From: an uncultured Chloroflexia bacterium
GTDB taxonomy: Bacteria > Chloroflexota > Limnocylindria > Limnocylindrales > CSP1-4
Direction of reading: 5' to 3'
Assembly (NCBI GenBank): GCA_963749705.1
Contig: CAVVNQ010000008.1
Span: forward strand, 64,001 to 128,000
DNA length: 64,000 bases
Part shown: piece after piece, positions 9,688 to 18,655 of the stretch
Layout: each line of letters starts with the position of its first letter
Numbering within the stretch: the first letter of the stretch is position 1
Translations under genes and position numbers: made by a program
Notes under the pieces: model-generated
Seen by the model: the letters and a program-made list of their open reading frames with translations, nothing else
Told to the model about the DNA's origin: nothing
Databases searched by the model: none

Positions 9688-11017
9688 TCAGGTCCCGGCC
9701 GACGCTGCGCCTATCGTATCGATACCCAGGTAGGGCCGAAGGACCTCCGGCACGGTGACCGTCCCGTCCGCGTTCTGGTAGACCTCGAGGATCGTGGCCA
9801 CGATCCTGGCCAGCGCCAGCCCGGAACCGTTGAGGGTGTGCACGAGCTCGGGCTTGGCGCCGGGCGTGGGGCGGTAGCGGATCGCCATCCGGCGCGCCTG
9901 GTAGTCACCGAAGTTCGAGCACGAGCTGACCTCGAGCCAGCGCTCCACCCCTGGCGCCCAGACCTCGAGGTCGTACTTCTTGCGCTGGACGAACCCCATG
10001 TCACCGGTGCTCATCAGGAGCACCCGGTATGCGAGGCCGAGCCGCTGGAGCAGGTCCTCCGCCCGGCCGGTCATCCATTCCAGGGCCGCGGGGCTGTCGT
10101 CGGGCTTCTCGAACAGCACCATCTCGACCTTGTCGAACTGGTGGACGCGCAGGATGCCGCGCGTGTCCTTGCCCGCGGCGCCGGCCTCGCGCCGGAAGCA
10201 GGGCGAGTAGGCCGCGTAGCGGATGGGCAGGTCAGACGCCTCGAGGATCTCGTCGCGATGGAGGTTGGTGACCGGGACCTCGGCGGTCGGGACCAGGTAC
10301 AGGTCGTCCCGCGTGACGACGTACATCTGGTCTTCCTTGTCCGGGATCTGGCCGGTCCCGCGCGCGGACGCCGTGTTGACGACCGCGGGCGGCCAGACCT
10401 CGGTGAACCCGTTCTCGGTCGTGTGGACGTCGAGGAACCAGCTGATCAGCGACCGCTGGAGCCTCGAGCCCGCGCCCTTGTAGACGGGAAAGCCGGAGCC
10501 CGCGACCTTGGCGCCGCGGACGTTGTCGATGATGTCGAGCGACTCGCCGAGCTCCCAGTGCGGCCGCAGCTCCCATTCGCTGCCGTCCGCCGCCGTCGCC
10601 CGGCGCGCGACCCGGCTCGCCCCACGTCCGGACGGTGACGTTCGCCTCCTCGCCGCCCACCGGGACCTCGGGGTCGGCGGGGTTGGGGATCCGGAGCAGC
10701 AGGTCCTCGAGCTCCAGCTCCGCGGCCGCGAGCTCGGCGTCGATCTGCTCGATCCTCGTTCCGGCGCGCGTGGATGCGGCACGCAGGTCCGCGACCTCGG
10801 GGCCGTCCGGCCGGGCACCGTTGCGGATCGCCTCGCCGATCTGCTTCGACGCCGTGTTCCGCTCCGCCTTGAGCGTGTCGGACTCTGCCTGGAGGCGGCG
10901 CCGCGTCGCGTCGACGACCAGCGCCTGGTCGACGATCGAGGGGTCCTCGCGCTTGTCGATCGCGCCCTGACGGATCCGTTCGGGCTCCTCGCGGAGCCGC
11001 TGGACGCCGACGCTCAT
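9688..11017 (-). CDS. serS: Serine--tRNA ligase, interrupted by an apparent +1 frameshift near 10613
   Basis: N-terminal coiled coil and [12 protein letters not shown] in one frame; [42 protein letters not shown] in another; removing one G from GAG-CCG-G-GTC joins them. Confidence 0.92.
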
Positions 11018-12618
11018 GCGAGTACCTCCCCGGTCGTGCCCGCCTCGCGCAGCCGGCCGACGACGAAGTCGCGCTCGAGGCTTGCCAGCAGCCATCCGGC
11101 ACGCGGTCCGTTGGGCCGGCCGAGGAACGCGAGGTACAGGGCGTTGAACGCGGCCCGGGCGTCGAGGCCATGGTCGGCGGCGACGGCGAACACCGCGGCC
11201 TGCCACTGCTCGCCGGAGGCGGGCGCATCGGCCATGGCGGCGGTCGCGAGGGCGCGCAGGAACCCACGCTGCTCGGGCCGAAGCTGGTCGACCTCGACCG
11301 GGACGGCGTCGCGGCGGATCTCGATCCGGGCACGCTCCGGGGCGTAGGCGTCGAGCCACGCCCGAACGGCGGCGAGCCGCTGCTCGAGCTCGACGGCCTC
11401 GGTCGTCGTCAGTGGACTCCCCTTCTCCGCCGCGACCCGTTCGGCGACGTCGACGCCCGGCACCTGGACGAGGAGCGCGAGATGCCCGAACGCAGGCCGG
11501 TACGCGTCGGCTGCGGCCGCGACGTCCGTCGCCGGGTCGAGCAGCGAGTAGCGGAAGATCGATTCGAACCCCGAAGGAAGCTCGCCCTTGACCTCGCGGC
11601 CCGCGGTCGCGCCGGCCAGGCGGTCGAACTCGTCGAACAGGCGCGGGATGGCGTCGCTGCCCTCGGGATCGAACTCGATCGCCGTCTCCGGGCGATTGCG
11701 GACGAACAGGAAGCGCAGCTGCTCGGGCGGCAGGACCGACCCGATCGTGTGCGCCGCGGCGCCACGGCCCTTGGACGTCGACATCTTGCGGCCACCGATG
11801 TTGAGGAACTCGTACGCGAAGTTGATCGGCGGCTCGCGCTCGAACACCTCGCGCGCGATCGCGTCCGAGCGGTCCCGCGAGCCTCCCGCGGTGGCGAGGT
11901 CCTTGCCGTTGGGCTCGATGGTGACGCCGAACAGGCTCCACTGCGCGGCCCATTCGAGGTTCCAGGGCAGCTTGGCCGCGCCGCCGAACGGCGCGATCCG
12001 GCCGGTCCAGCCGCAGCCCGTGGCCCACTCCACGAGGTCTGCCAGGCAGGCAACCGCGACCGTCTCACCGTCCCATTCGGACGCGATCGTCGTCCCGATC
12101 TTGCCGCAGCTGGGACACACCACGCCCAGCGGCAGCCAGTGCTCGGGATGCTGGACGTTGGCGACGCGACGGTAGATGTCGCGGACCACCGCGGCCCGGT
12201 CCAGCGCGGTCCGGATGAACGGGTCCATCTGACCGGTGGGATAGATGTCACTCATCCAGTAGTAGCGATCCGGGTGGATCCCGAGACCTGAGAAGGTGTC
12301 GATGAAGATCCCCGCGAAGTGGCGCGCATACGAGGCGTGGCAGTCACCGGCGGGATCCGGCACGTGGGCGAGCGGGCGGCCCATCTCGCGCTCGATCGCA
12401 TCCGGCGACAGCAGGGCCTGCGCGTCCATGGGGTCCATGTCGTCGACGCCGTACAGGAGCTGCGCCTCGAGGCCGCGGGTGCGCAGCGCCCGCGTGATCA
12501 CGTCGAGGATCACGGGGCCACGGAGGCTGCCGACATGGACGGTGCCGGACGGGGTCTTCGAGTCGTTGACGACCTGCGGTCCCTCGACGCGTGCCGCCAG
12601 CTCGTCAGCCCAGTCCAC
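11014..12618 (-). CDS. lysS: Class I lysine--tRNA ligase
   Basis: TPSGTVHVGSLR (HIGH-like), DDMDP, CPSCGK, KLPWNLEWAAQW, EPNGKDL, KMSTSKG (KMSKS-like). Confidence 0.92.
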   Translation of the reverse strand: MDWADELAARVEGPQVVNDSKTPSGTVHVGSLRGPVILDVITRALRTRGLEAQLLYGVDDMDPMDAQALLSPDAIEREMGRPLAHVPDPAGDCHASYARHFAGIFIDTFSGLGIHPDRYYWMSDIYPTGQMDPFIRTALDRAAVVRDIYRRVANVQHPEHWLPLGVVCPSCGKIGTTIASEWDGETVAVACLADLVEWATGCGWTGRIAPFGGAAKLPWNLEWAAQWSLFGVTIEPNGKDLATAGGSRDRSDAIAREVFEREPPINFAYEFLNIGGRKMSTSKGRGAAAHTIGSVLPPEQLRFLFVRNRPETAIEFDPEGSDAIPRLFDEFDRLAGATAGREVKGELPSGFESIFRYSLLDPATDVAAAADAYRPAFGHLALLVQVPGVDVAERVAAEKGSPLTTTEAVELEQRLAAVRAWLDAYAPERARIEIRRDAVPVEVDQLRPEQRGFLRALATAAMADAPASGEQWQAAVFAVAADHGLDARAAFNALYLAFLGRPNGPRAGWLLASLERDFVVGRLREAGTTGEVLA

Positions 12619-12731
12619 AGGTTCGCTCTCCCATTCGACGGCGTCGCCTGGACCGCCGGATGGCGGCGTCGGCGCCTGCGCGCCGGTGGCCGAGCCGACG
12701 TTCGCAGGCCCCCTGCGGGGCCGTGCCGTTC

Positions 12732-13196
12732 CTAGCTGATCTCGACGATCGTGTACGAGAAGTCCCCGGCCGGGACCTTCACCACGACCTTCTCGCCCTT
12801 CTTCCTGCCCAGCAGCGCGCGCCCGACCGGTGACTCGTTCGAGATCCTGCCCTCGGCGGGCTTTGCCTCGGCCGACCCCACGATCATGAACGTCTGCGAC
12901 CCGTCCTCGCCGGTGACCTTGACGCTCGATCCGATCTGGACGTGGTCCGTCGACGTGTGCTCGTCGATCAGCTGGGCGTTCTTGATCATCGCCTCGAGGG
13001 TCTGGATCCGGCCCTCGACGAACGCCTGCTCGTTCTTGGCGTCCTCGTACTCGGCGTTCTCGCTGAGGTCCCCGTGCTCCTTGGCGTCGTGGATCCGCTG
13101 CGCGATCTCGGGACGCGTCACCGACAGCATCGAATCCAGCTCGGCGCGGAGCTTCTCGAGTCCGTCCTTGGAGATGTAGGTGGTCTTGGTGTTCAT
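12732..13196 (-). CDS. greA: Transcription elongation factor GreA
   Basis: HGDLSENAEYEDAK, ISNESPVGRALLG; start at MNTKTT. Confidence 0.96.
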   Translation of the reverse strand: MNTKTTYISKDGLEKLRAELDSMLSVTRPEIAQRIHDAKEHGDLSENAEYEDAKNEQAFVEGRIQTLEAMIKNAQLIDEHTSTDHVQIGSSVKVTGEDGSQTFMIVGSAEAKPAEGRISNESPVGRALLGRKKGEKVVVKVPAGDFSYTIVEIS

Positions 13197-13255
13197 GTGG
13201 GCACGACCCCCGAGGTGCGGACCGGCTGTGGCAGCGTCGCCGCTCGGTCGGTTTG

Positions 13256-13297
13256 AATAAAAGAACCCCGGGCGCGCAGCCGGCGCCGCCGAGGTTC
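13256..13297 (-). terminator. Intrinsic terminator within the greA 5' leader
   Basis: GAACCTCGG...CCGGGGTTC stem followed by TTTTATT, between the promoter and the greA start. Confidence 0.7.
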
Positions 13298-13310
13298 GGA
13301 GATCGGCGGA

Positions 13311-13339
13311 ATGGTATCCGTGGTCCCGCGTTTCGTCAA
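13311..13339 (-). promoter_or_regulatory. Sigma70-type promoter of greA
   Basis: TTGACG-N17-TACCAT on the minus strand. Confidence 0.75.
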
Positions 13340-13377
13340 AGCCCATGGCCGCCGCGGCGCCGGCGTGGCGTGATCTT

Positions 13378-13446
13378 CCGCCGGCGCGACCGTCGATCCG
13401 TCGCCGGCGCGTACCGTCGCTCAGTCGCCGGCGCGACCGTCGCTCA
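13378..13446. repeat. Three imperfect ~23-nt tandem repeats starting at the argR stop codon
   Basis: Minus-strand unit TGAGCGACGGTCGCGCCGGCGAC, three copies with variants. Confidence 0.7.
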
Positions 13447-13899
13447 CTGGCCGAGCTCCTCCAGGCGTCGTCGGGCCCGGCCGAGCGAGCCGCGGTCGGC
13501 GAATGCGACGAACACCGTGTCGTCGCCGGCGATCGATCCGATCACCTCCGTCCAGCGCGCGCGATCGAGCGCCGCAGCGAGCGCGTGCGCGGAACCGGGC
13601 AGCGTCTTGAGCACCAGCATCGTCCCCGCCTCGCGCATCTCGACGGGCATGTCCCGCAGCAGCGTGCGGATCCGGTCCTCCCCGCTCGTCTCGGCCTCGC
13701 GCAGGCGGGGCGGGATCGCGTAGGCCTGCGTCCCGACCCGGCCGACCTTGGTCAGGCCCAGCTCCGCGACATCGCGGCTGATCGTGGCCTGGGTCGTCCG
13801 GAACCCGCGCTCGCGGAGCGCCGCCGCCAGCTCCTGCTGGGTGCGGATCGGGCGGAGCTCCACCAGGTCCCGGATCGCCCGCTGGCGGAGCTGCTTCAT
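13444..13899 (-). CDS. argR: Arginine repressor
   Basis: TQQELAAAL, TQATISRD, KTLPGSA, GSIAGDDT. Confidence 0.93.
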   Translation of the reverse strand: MKQLRQRAIRDLVELRPIRTQQELAAALRERGFRTTQATISRDVAELGLTKVGRVGTQAYAIPPRLREAETSGEDRIRTLLRDMPVEMREAGTMLVLKTLPGSAHALAAALDRARWTEVIGSIAGDDTVFVAFADRGSLGRARRRLEELGQ

Positions 13900-13928
13900 G
13901 ACTTCCACGGGTCCGTGCTCCGGTGCCC

Positions 13929-14753
13929 TCAGCGGGCGAGGAAGACCCCCACGACGACGATCGCGAGCCCGATGCGGTACAGGACGAACACGTTGAACGA
14001 GCGGGTCCGGACATAGCGCAGCAGGACCGCGATCGCGAGCATCCCGGATACGAACGCGGCCACAACGCCGACCACGAGCGGCATCACCTCGACCGCGCCG
14101 ACGTCGCCGCGAACCAGCTTGACCAGCTCGTACGCGACGGCGAGCGCCGTGATCGGTGTCGCCATCAGGAAGCTGTAGCGGACCGCGTCGGACCGGTCGA
14201 GCCCGGCGAACAGGGCCGCCGAGATGGAGATCCCTGACCGGCTCACGCCGGGGATCAGCGCCAGCGCCTGGGCCGTGCCGATGCCGATCGCACCCCGGAA
14301 CGTGAGCTGCTCGAGCCGGTGCGATCGCGGCCCCCAGCGGTCGGCGAGCCAGAGCACCGCGGCGGCGATCACGAGCATCAGCGCCACCAGGCCGACCTGG
14401 CGCACGTTCTGCTCGATGATGTCGTTGAGGAACACCGCGATCACGGCCGCCGGGACGGTCGACGCGACGATGAGCCAGGCCATCCGCCGGTCCGGATCGC
14501 CGTTGAACGAGCGATCGCGCATCGTGGCCAGCCCGGCCGGGACCAGCCGCAGCCAATCCTCGCGGAAGTACACCAGCAGCGCCGCCAGGGTGCCCCCGTG
14601 GAGCACGACCGAGAACGCGAGCGAATCGATGAACGGGTCGTCCCACCCGAACAGGTACGGGACGATGATGAGGTGGCCGGACGAGGAGATCGGCAGGAAC
14701 TCGGTCAGCCCCTGCACGAGCCCCATGACGAGCGCCTGGAATACCTGGTCCAT
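13929..14753 (-). CDS. uppP: Undecaprenyl-diphosphate phosphatase (BacA)
   Basis: VQGLTEFLPISSSGH, ALIPGVSRSG, YSFLMATP. Confidence 0.95.
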   Translation of the reverse strand: MDQVFQALVMGLVQGLTEFLPISSSGHLIIVPYLFGWDDPFIDSLAFSVVLHGGTLAALLVYFREDWLRLVPAGLATMRDRSFNGDPDRRMAWLIVASTVPAAVIAVFLNDIIEQNVRQVGLVALMLVIAAAVLWLADRWGPRSHRLEQLTFRGAIGIGTAQALALIPGVSRSGISISAALFAGLDRSDAVRYSFLMATPITALAVAYELVKLVRGDVGAVEVMPLVVGVVAAFVSGMLAIAVLLRYVRTRSFNVFVLYRIGLAIVVVGVFLAR

Positions 14754-14805
14754 GGGTCGCTCCGTGCGGCCGGCAGACGCGCCGGCCGCGGTGGTCTCGC
14801 CTGCC

Positions 14806-17011
14806 CTACCGGATGAACAGCGGGGCGAGGACGAGGGTGATCGTGGCCAGCAGCTTCACCAGGACGTGGAGCGACGGGCCGGCGGTGTCCTTGAACGGAT
14901 CCCCGACGGTGTCGCCGACGACCGCCGCGGCATGGGCGTCGCTGCCCTTGCCCAGCACGTTGCCGCTCGTCGTCCTTGAGATTGCCGGATTCGATGTACT
15001 TCTTGGCGTTGTCCCACGCGCCGCCGCCGTTGTTGAGCACGGTTGCCAGCAGCACGCCGGCGATCGTGCCCACCATGAGCAGGCCGGCGACCGCCTGGTA
15101 GCCGAGCAGCACCCCGACGATGACGGGTGTGGCCACGGCGACCAGCCCCGGGGCGACCATCTCGCGCAGGGCGGCGCGGGTGGTGATGTCGACCACGCGC
15201 GCGTAGTCCGGTCGCTGGGTGTAGTCCATGATCCCGGGCATCTCGCGGAACTGGCGACGGACCTCGACGATGATCGCCTGCGCCGTCGTGCCCACCGCCC
15301 GGATGGCGAGGCTGCTGAAGAAGTAGGCGAGCATCGCGCCGATCAGCGCGGCGACGAACACGCTGACGTCGGCCAGGTTGACCGCGCTCATCAGCGCCTT
15401 GCCCTGGCGGTCGAGGATCAGGTTGACCTTGTCGATGTAGGCCGAGAACAGCAGGAATGCGGCCAGCGACGCCGAGGCGATCGCGTAGCCCTTGGTCAGG
15501 GCCTTGGTCGTGTTGCCGACCGCGTCCAGGTGATCGGTGATCTCGCGGGCGCCCTTCTCGGCGCGGCTGAACTCGGCGATCCCGCCGGCGTTGTCCGTGA
15601 TCGGGCCGAAGGTGTCCATCGCCAGGATGTAGGCGGTGGTCATCAGCATCCCCATCGTCGCGACCGCGGTCCCGAAGATGCCGCCGACGTCGCGCCCGTC
15701 CGCGGTCACCAGGTGCGCCTGCGAGCCGAGCCAGTGGCTGGCCAGGAGCGCGAGGCCGATGGTCACGGCGGTGACGAACGTGGTCTCGAACCCGACCGCG
15801 GTGCCGCTGATGATGTTGGTCGCCGGGCCGGTCTTCGAAGCCTCCGCGATCTCGCGCACGGGGCGGAACGACCCGGCGGTATAGAACTGCGTGATGTACA
15901 CGAAGGCGACGCTGGTCACGAGGCCGACGACGCCGGCACCGAAGAAGTACACCCACACGGGGATGCCATTGGCGCCGTCGACCGGCACCGACATGGTCTG
16001 GCTGGTGACGAACACGAGCCCGATCGCGGACAGGATCGTGGTCGCCCAGTAGCCGCGGTTGAGGATGTTCATGGGGTTCTCATCCTCGCGACCGCGGATG
16101 AAGAACGCGACCGCGACGATCGTCGCCAGGAGCCCGAACCCGCGGATGATGAGCGGGAAGAAGATCCACGACGCCGGGCTGGGCCAGCCGAGGTCGAGCG
16201 CGATCTTGTACACGCCCACACCCAGGATCATCGCGCCGATGTTCTCGGCGGCCGTGGATTCGAACAGGTCCGCACCGCGGCCGGCGCAGTCGCCGACGTT
16301 GTCGCCGACGAGGTCCGCGATCACGCCCGCGTTGCGGGGATCGTCCTCGGGGATGCCCTTCTCGACCTTGCCCACCAGGTCCGAGCCGACGTCGGCGGCC
16401 TTGGTGTAGATCCCGCCGCCGAGCTGCGCGAACAGGGCCACGAAGCTGGCCCCGAACCCGAACCCGACGATGAGGAACGGCGCCTGGTTGATGGTCGCCG
16501 AGTCGAGCCCGCCGAAGGCGGCGAAGATGCCCCACACGCCGAGCAGCGACAGCGCGACGACGAGGAAGCCCGACACCGCCCCGCCACGCATCGCGACCTG
16601 GACGGCCTCGACGAGGCTGCGCCGGGCGGCGGCGGCGGTCCGGACGTTGGACTTGACGCTGATGTACATGCCGATGATCCCGGAGGCCATCGAGCACGCG
16701 GCACCCACCAGGAAGGCGACGGCGGTCCGCCAGCCGAGGTCGACCCCGAACACGTCCGTGTCGGCAACCTGCTTGGTCTCGAACACCGAGATGATCGCGA
16801 AGATGACCACCGCGCCGACCAGGGCGAGCGCGCCGATCGTCGTGTACTGGCGGCGGATGAACGCGACCGCGCCTTCGAGGATGGTGCCGGCGACATCCTC
16901 CATCGCCGGGGTCCCGGTATCGCGCGACAGGACGTCACGCGCCAGGTACAGCGCGAACAGGATCGCGGCAACGCCCGCGAGGGGGATGATCCAGGGAAGC
17001 GCTTCGGCCAT
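14806..17011 (-). CDS. hppA: Membrane-bound H+-translocating pyrophosphatase (predicted K+-independent), apparent +1 frameshift near 14965
   Basis: [52 protein letters not shown]; conserved tail [28 protein letters not shown] continues in another frame to TAG at 14806. Confidence 0.92.
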
Positions 17012-17322
17012 CAGGGTTTGCAGAACCTCCTACGCAGGGTCGGGGCGCCGTGGGTCGGGTGTCGTTCCATCGTCGGTCACGCGGCCGGATCGGGGCGGGC
17101 ATCGCAGCCGGCCCGACAATGTGGGCATTCACGGACAGGGGCTCGGTACACAGGGGAGCCGCTCGTCAGCGATGGTGAGTGTATGCGTGCCCGCTCGCGG
17201 GGGTCAAACCAGATCGCGGAGCGACGGATGCGATGCAGTCCCATGCTCTCGGGATGCATCAGCCGACCGCGACCGACCCCGTTTCCGACAACAACGACCC
17301 GTCCTCCCTATACTCCCCGCTC

Positions 17323-17913
17323 GTGAACCGACGCTCCAGCCTCGGGTGCCTCTTCGAAGTCGTCGAGACGCTCGTCCTCACGCTCGTCATCTTCTTCGTC
17401 ATCCAGACGTTCGTCGCCCAGCCCTACCAGGTCCAGCAGGATTCCATGGAGCACACGCTGGAGCCCGGCCAGTACGTGCTCGTGGACAAGCTGACCCCTC
17501 GCTGGGACTCGTACAGCCGGGGCGACGTCGTGGTGTTCAGCCCGCCCGTCGACTACACGCAGAACCCGACGCCGTTCATCAAGCGCGTGATCGGCCTCCC
17601 CGGCGACACCGTCGAGGTCAAGGATGATGGGCTCGTGTACGTCAACGGCACGCCGCTGCAGGAGCCCTACACCTTCAAGAACGCCGATGGGATCCCCGGG
17701 CCGACGACGTCGACCGACCAGACCCGATGGGTGGTGCCCGAGGGCGAGCTGTTCGTGATGGGCGACCACCGGGAGGCGTCCGCCGACTCTCGCGTGTTCG
17801 GCTCCATTCCGATCTCGCACGTGATCGGGCGCGCGTTCCTCCGCTACTGGCCGATCTCGGCGCTCCAGATCATCGCGACGCCGGTCTATCCCGCCATCCC
17901 GTCGACCCCCTGA
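17323..17913 (+). CDS. lepB: Signal peptidase I
   Basis: SMEHTL (catalytic Ser), FIKRVIGLPGD (Lys), MGDHR..SADSR; GTG start chosen 8 nt after TATACT; ATG 17254 is an alternative. Confidence 0.92.
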   Translation: MNRRSSLGCLFEVVETLVLTLVIFFVIQTFVAQPYQVQQDSMEHTLEPGQYVLVDKLTPRWDSYSRGDVVVFSPPVDYTQNPTPFIKRVIGLPGDTVEVKDDGLVYVNGTPLQEPYTFKNADGIPGPTTSTDQTRWVVPEGELFVMGDHREASADSRVFGSIPISHVIGRAFLRYWPISALQIIATPVYPAIPSTP

Positions 17914-17926
17914 CGGGCTCCTGGTC

Positions 17927-18655
17927 GTGACGCCCGTCCTGGTCGCTGCCGCGCTGCTCGCGTGCGCTGGGGCGGTCGTGGCGTGCGCGGCGCGCGAGCC
18001 CCGGTTCATCGCCCTGGGGATGCTCGCGGCCATGCTCGCCGCGGCGTTCGTCGCCGATCCGCTGCCCGACGGGATCGCGCTCGCCGCCCGGCTCACCGGC
18101 GCGATCCTGGGCAGCTACCTGGTCTGGGTATCGCTGCGGGGCGTGCCGTTGCCCGCATCCGGCTGGCAGCTGGGCTGGGCCGGCGCGGCAGCCGTCGCCC
18201 TCGTCGCGTTCGTCGCCGGCTGGCTCGGCGCGGTCGCGATCGGGGAGGCGCTGCGCGGGGCGTCGGCGGAGGGCCCGACGATCGGCGTCGCCGCACCGGG
18301 GCTGGTCGCCGGGTCGGACGTCTCGCGCGCGGCGATGGGCGCGGCGTTCGCGCTGGCGGCGACGGGCGCAAGCTCGGTGATCCTGGGTCGCGACGTCCTG
18401 CGCACGGGCATCGGCCTCCTGCTCGTGGTCGCGGCGACCGAGCGGCTGCAGGCCGCGCTGGGCGGCACACCCGAGGACCTGGCGGTGCTCGCCTTCGGCC
18501 TGCTCATCGCGGCCGGCGGCGCAACAGTGGGATTGCTGGTCTCCCGCGCGATCAAGCTGCAGGGGGACCTGGAGCTCCGCGCGCCATCGACCCGCGAGGT
18601 CGCCGTCCGGACCCGCGGTGCCGACGAGGCACATCCGCTGGCGCACCGGCGATGA
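17927..18655 (+). CDS. Hypothetical multi-pass membrane protein
   Basis: 242-aa hydrophobic ORF; its stop overlaps the next start codon. Confidence 0.65.
   Translation: MTPVLVAAALLACAGAVVACAAREPRFIALGMLAAMLAAAFVADPLPDGIALAARLTGAILGSYLVWVSLRGVPLPASGWQLGWAGAAAVALVAFVAGWLGAVAIGEALRGASAEGPTIGVAAPGLVAGSDVSRAAMGAAFALAATGASSVILGRDVLRTGIGLLLVVAATERLQAALGGTPEDLAVLAFGLLIAAGGATVGLLVSRAIKLQGDLELRAPSTREVAVRTRGADEAHPLAHRR

Noticed and set aside
14705-14965. hppA apparently extending into uppP
   Set aside because: Artefact of the frameshift; the conserved C-terminus ends at TAG 14806
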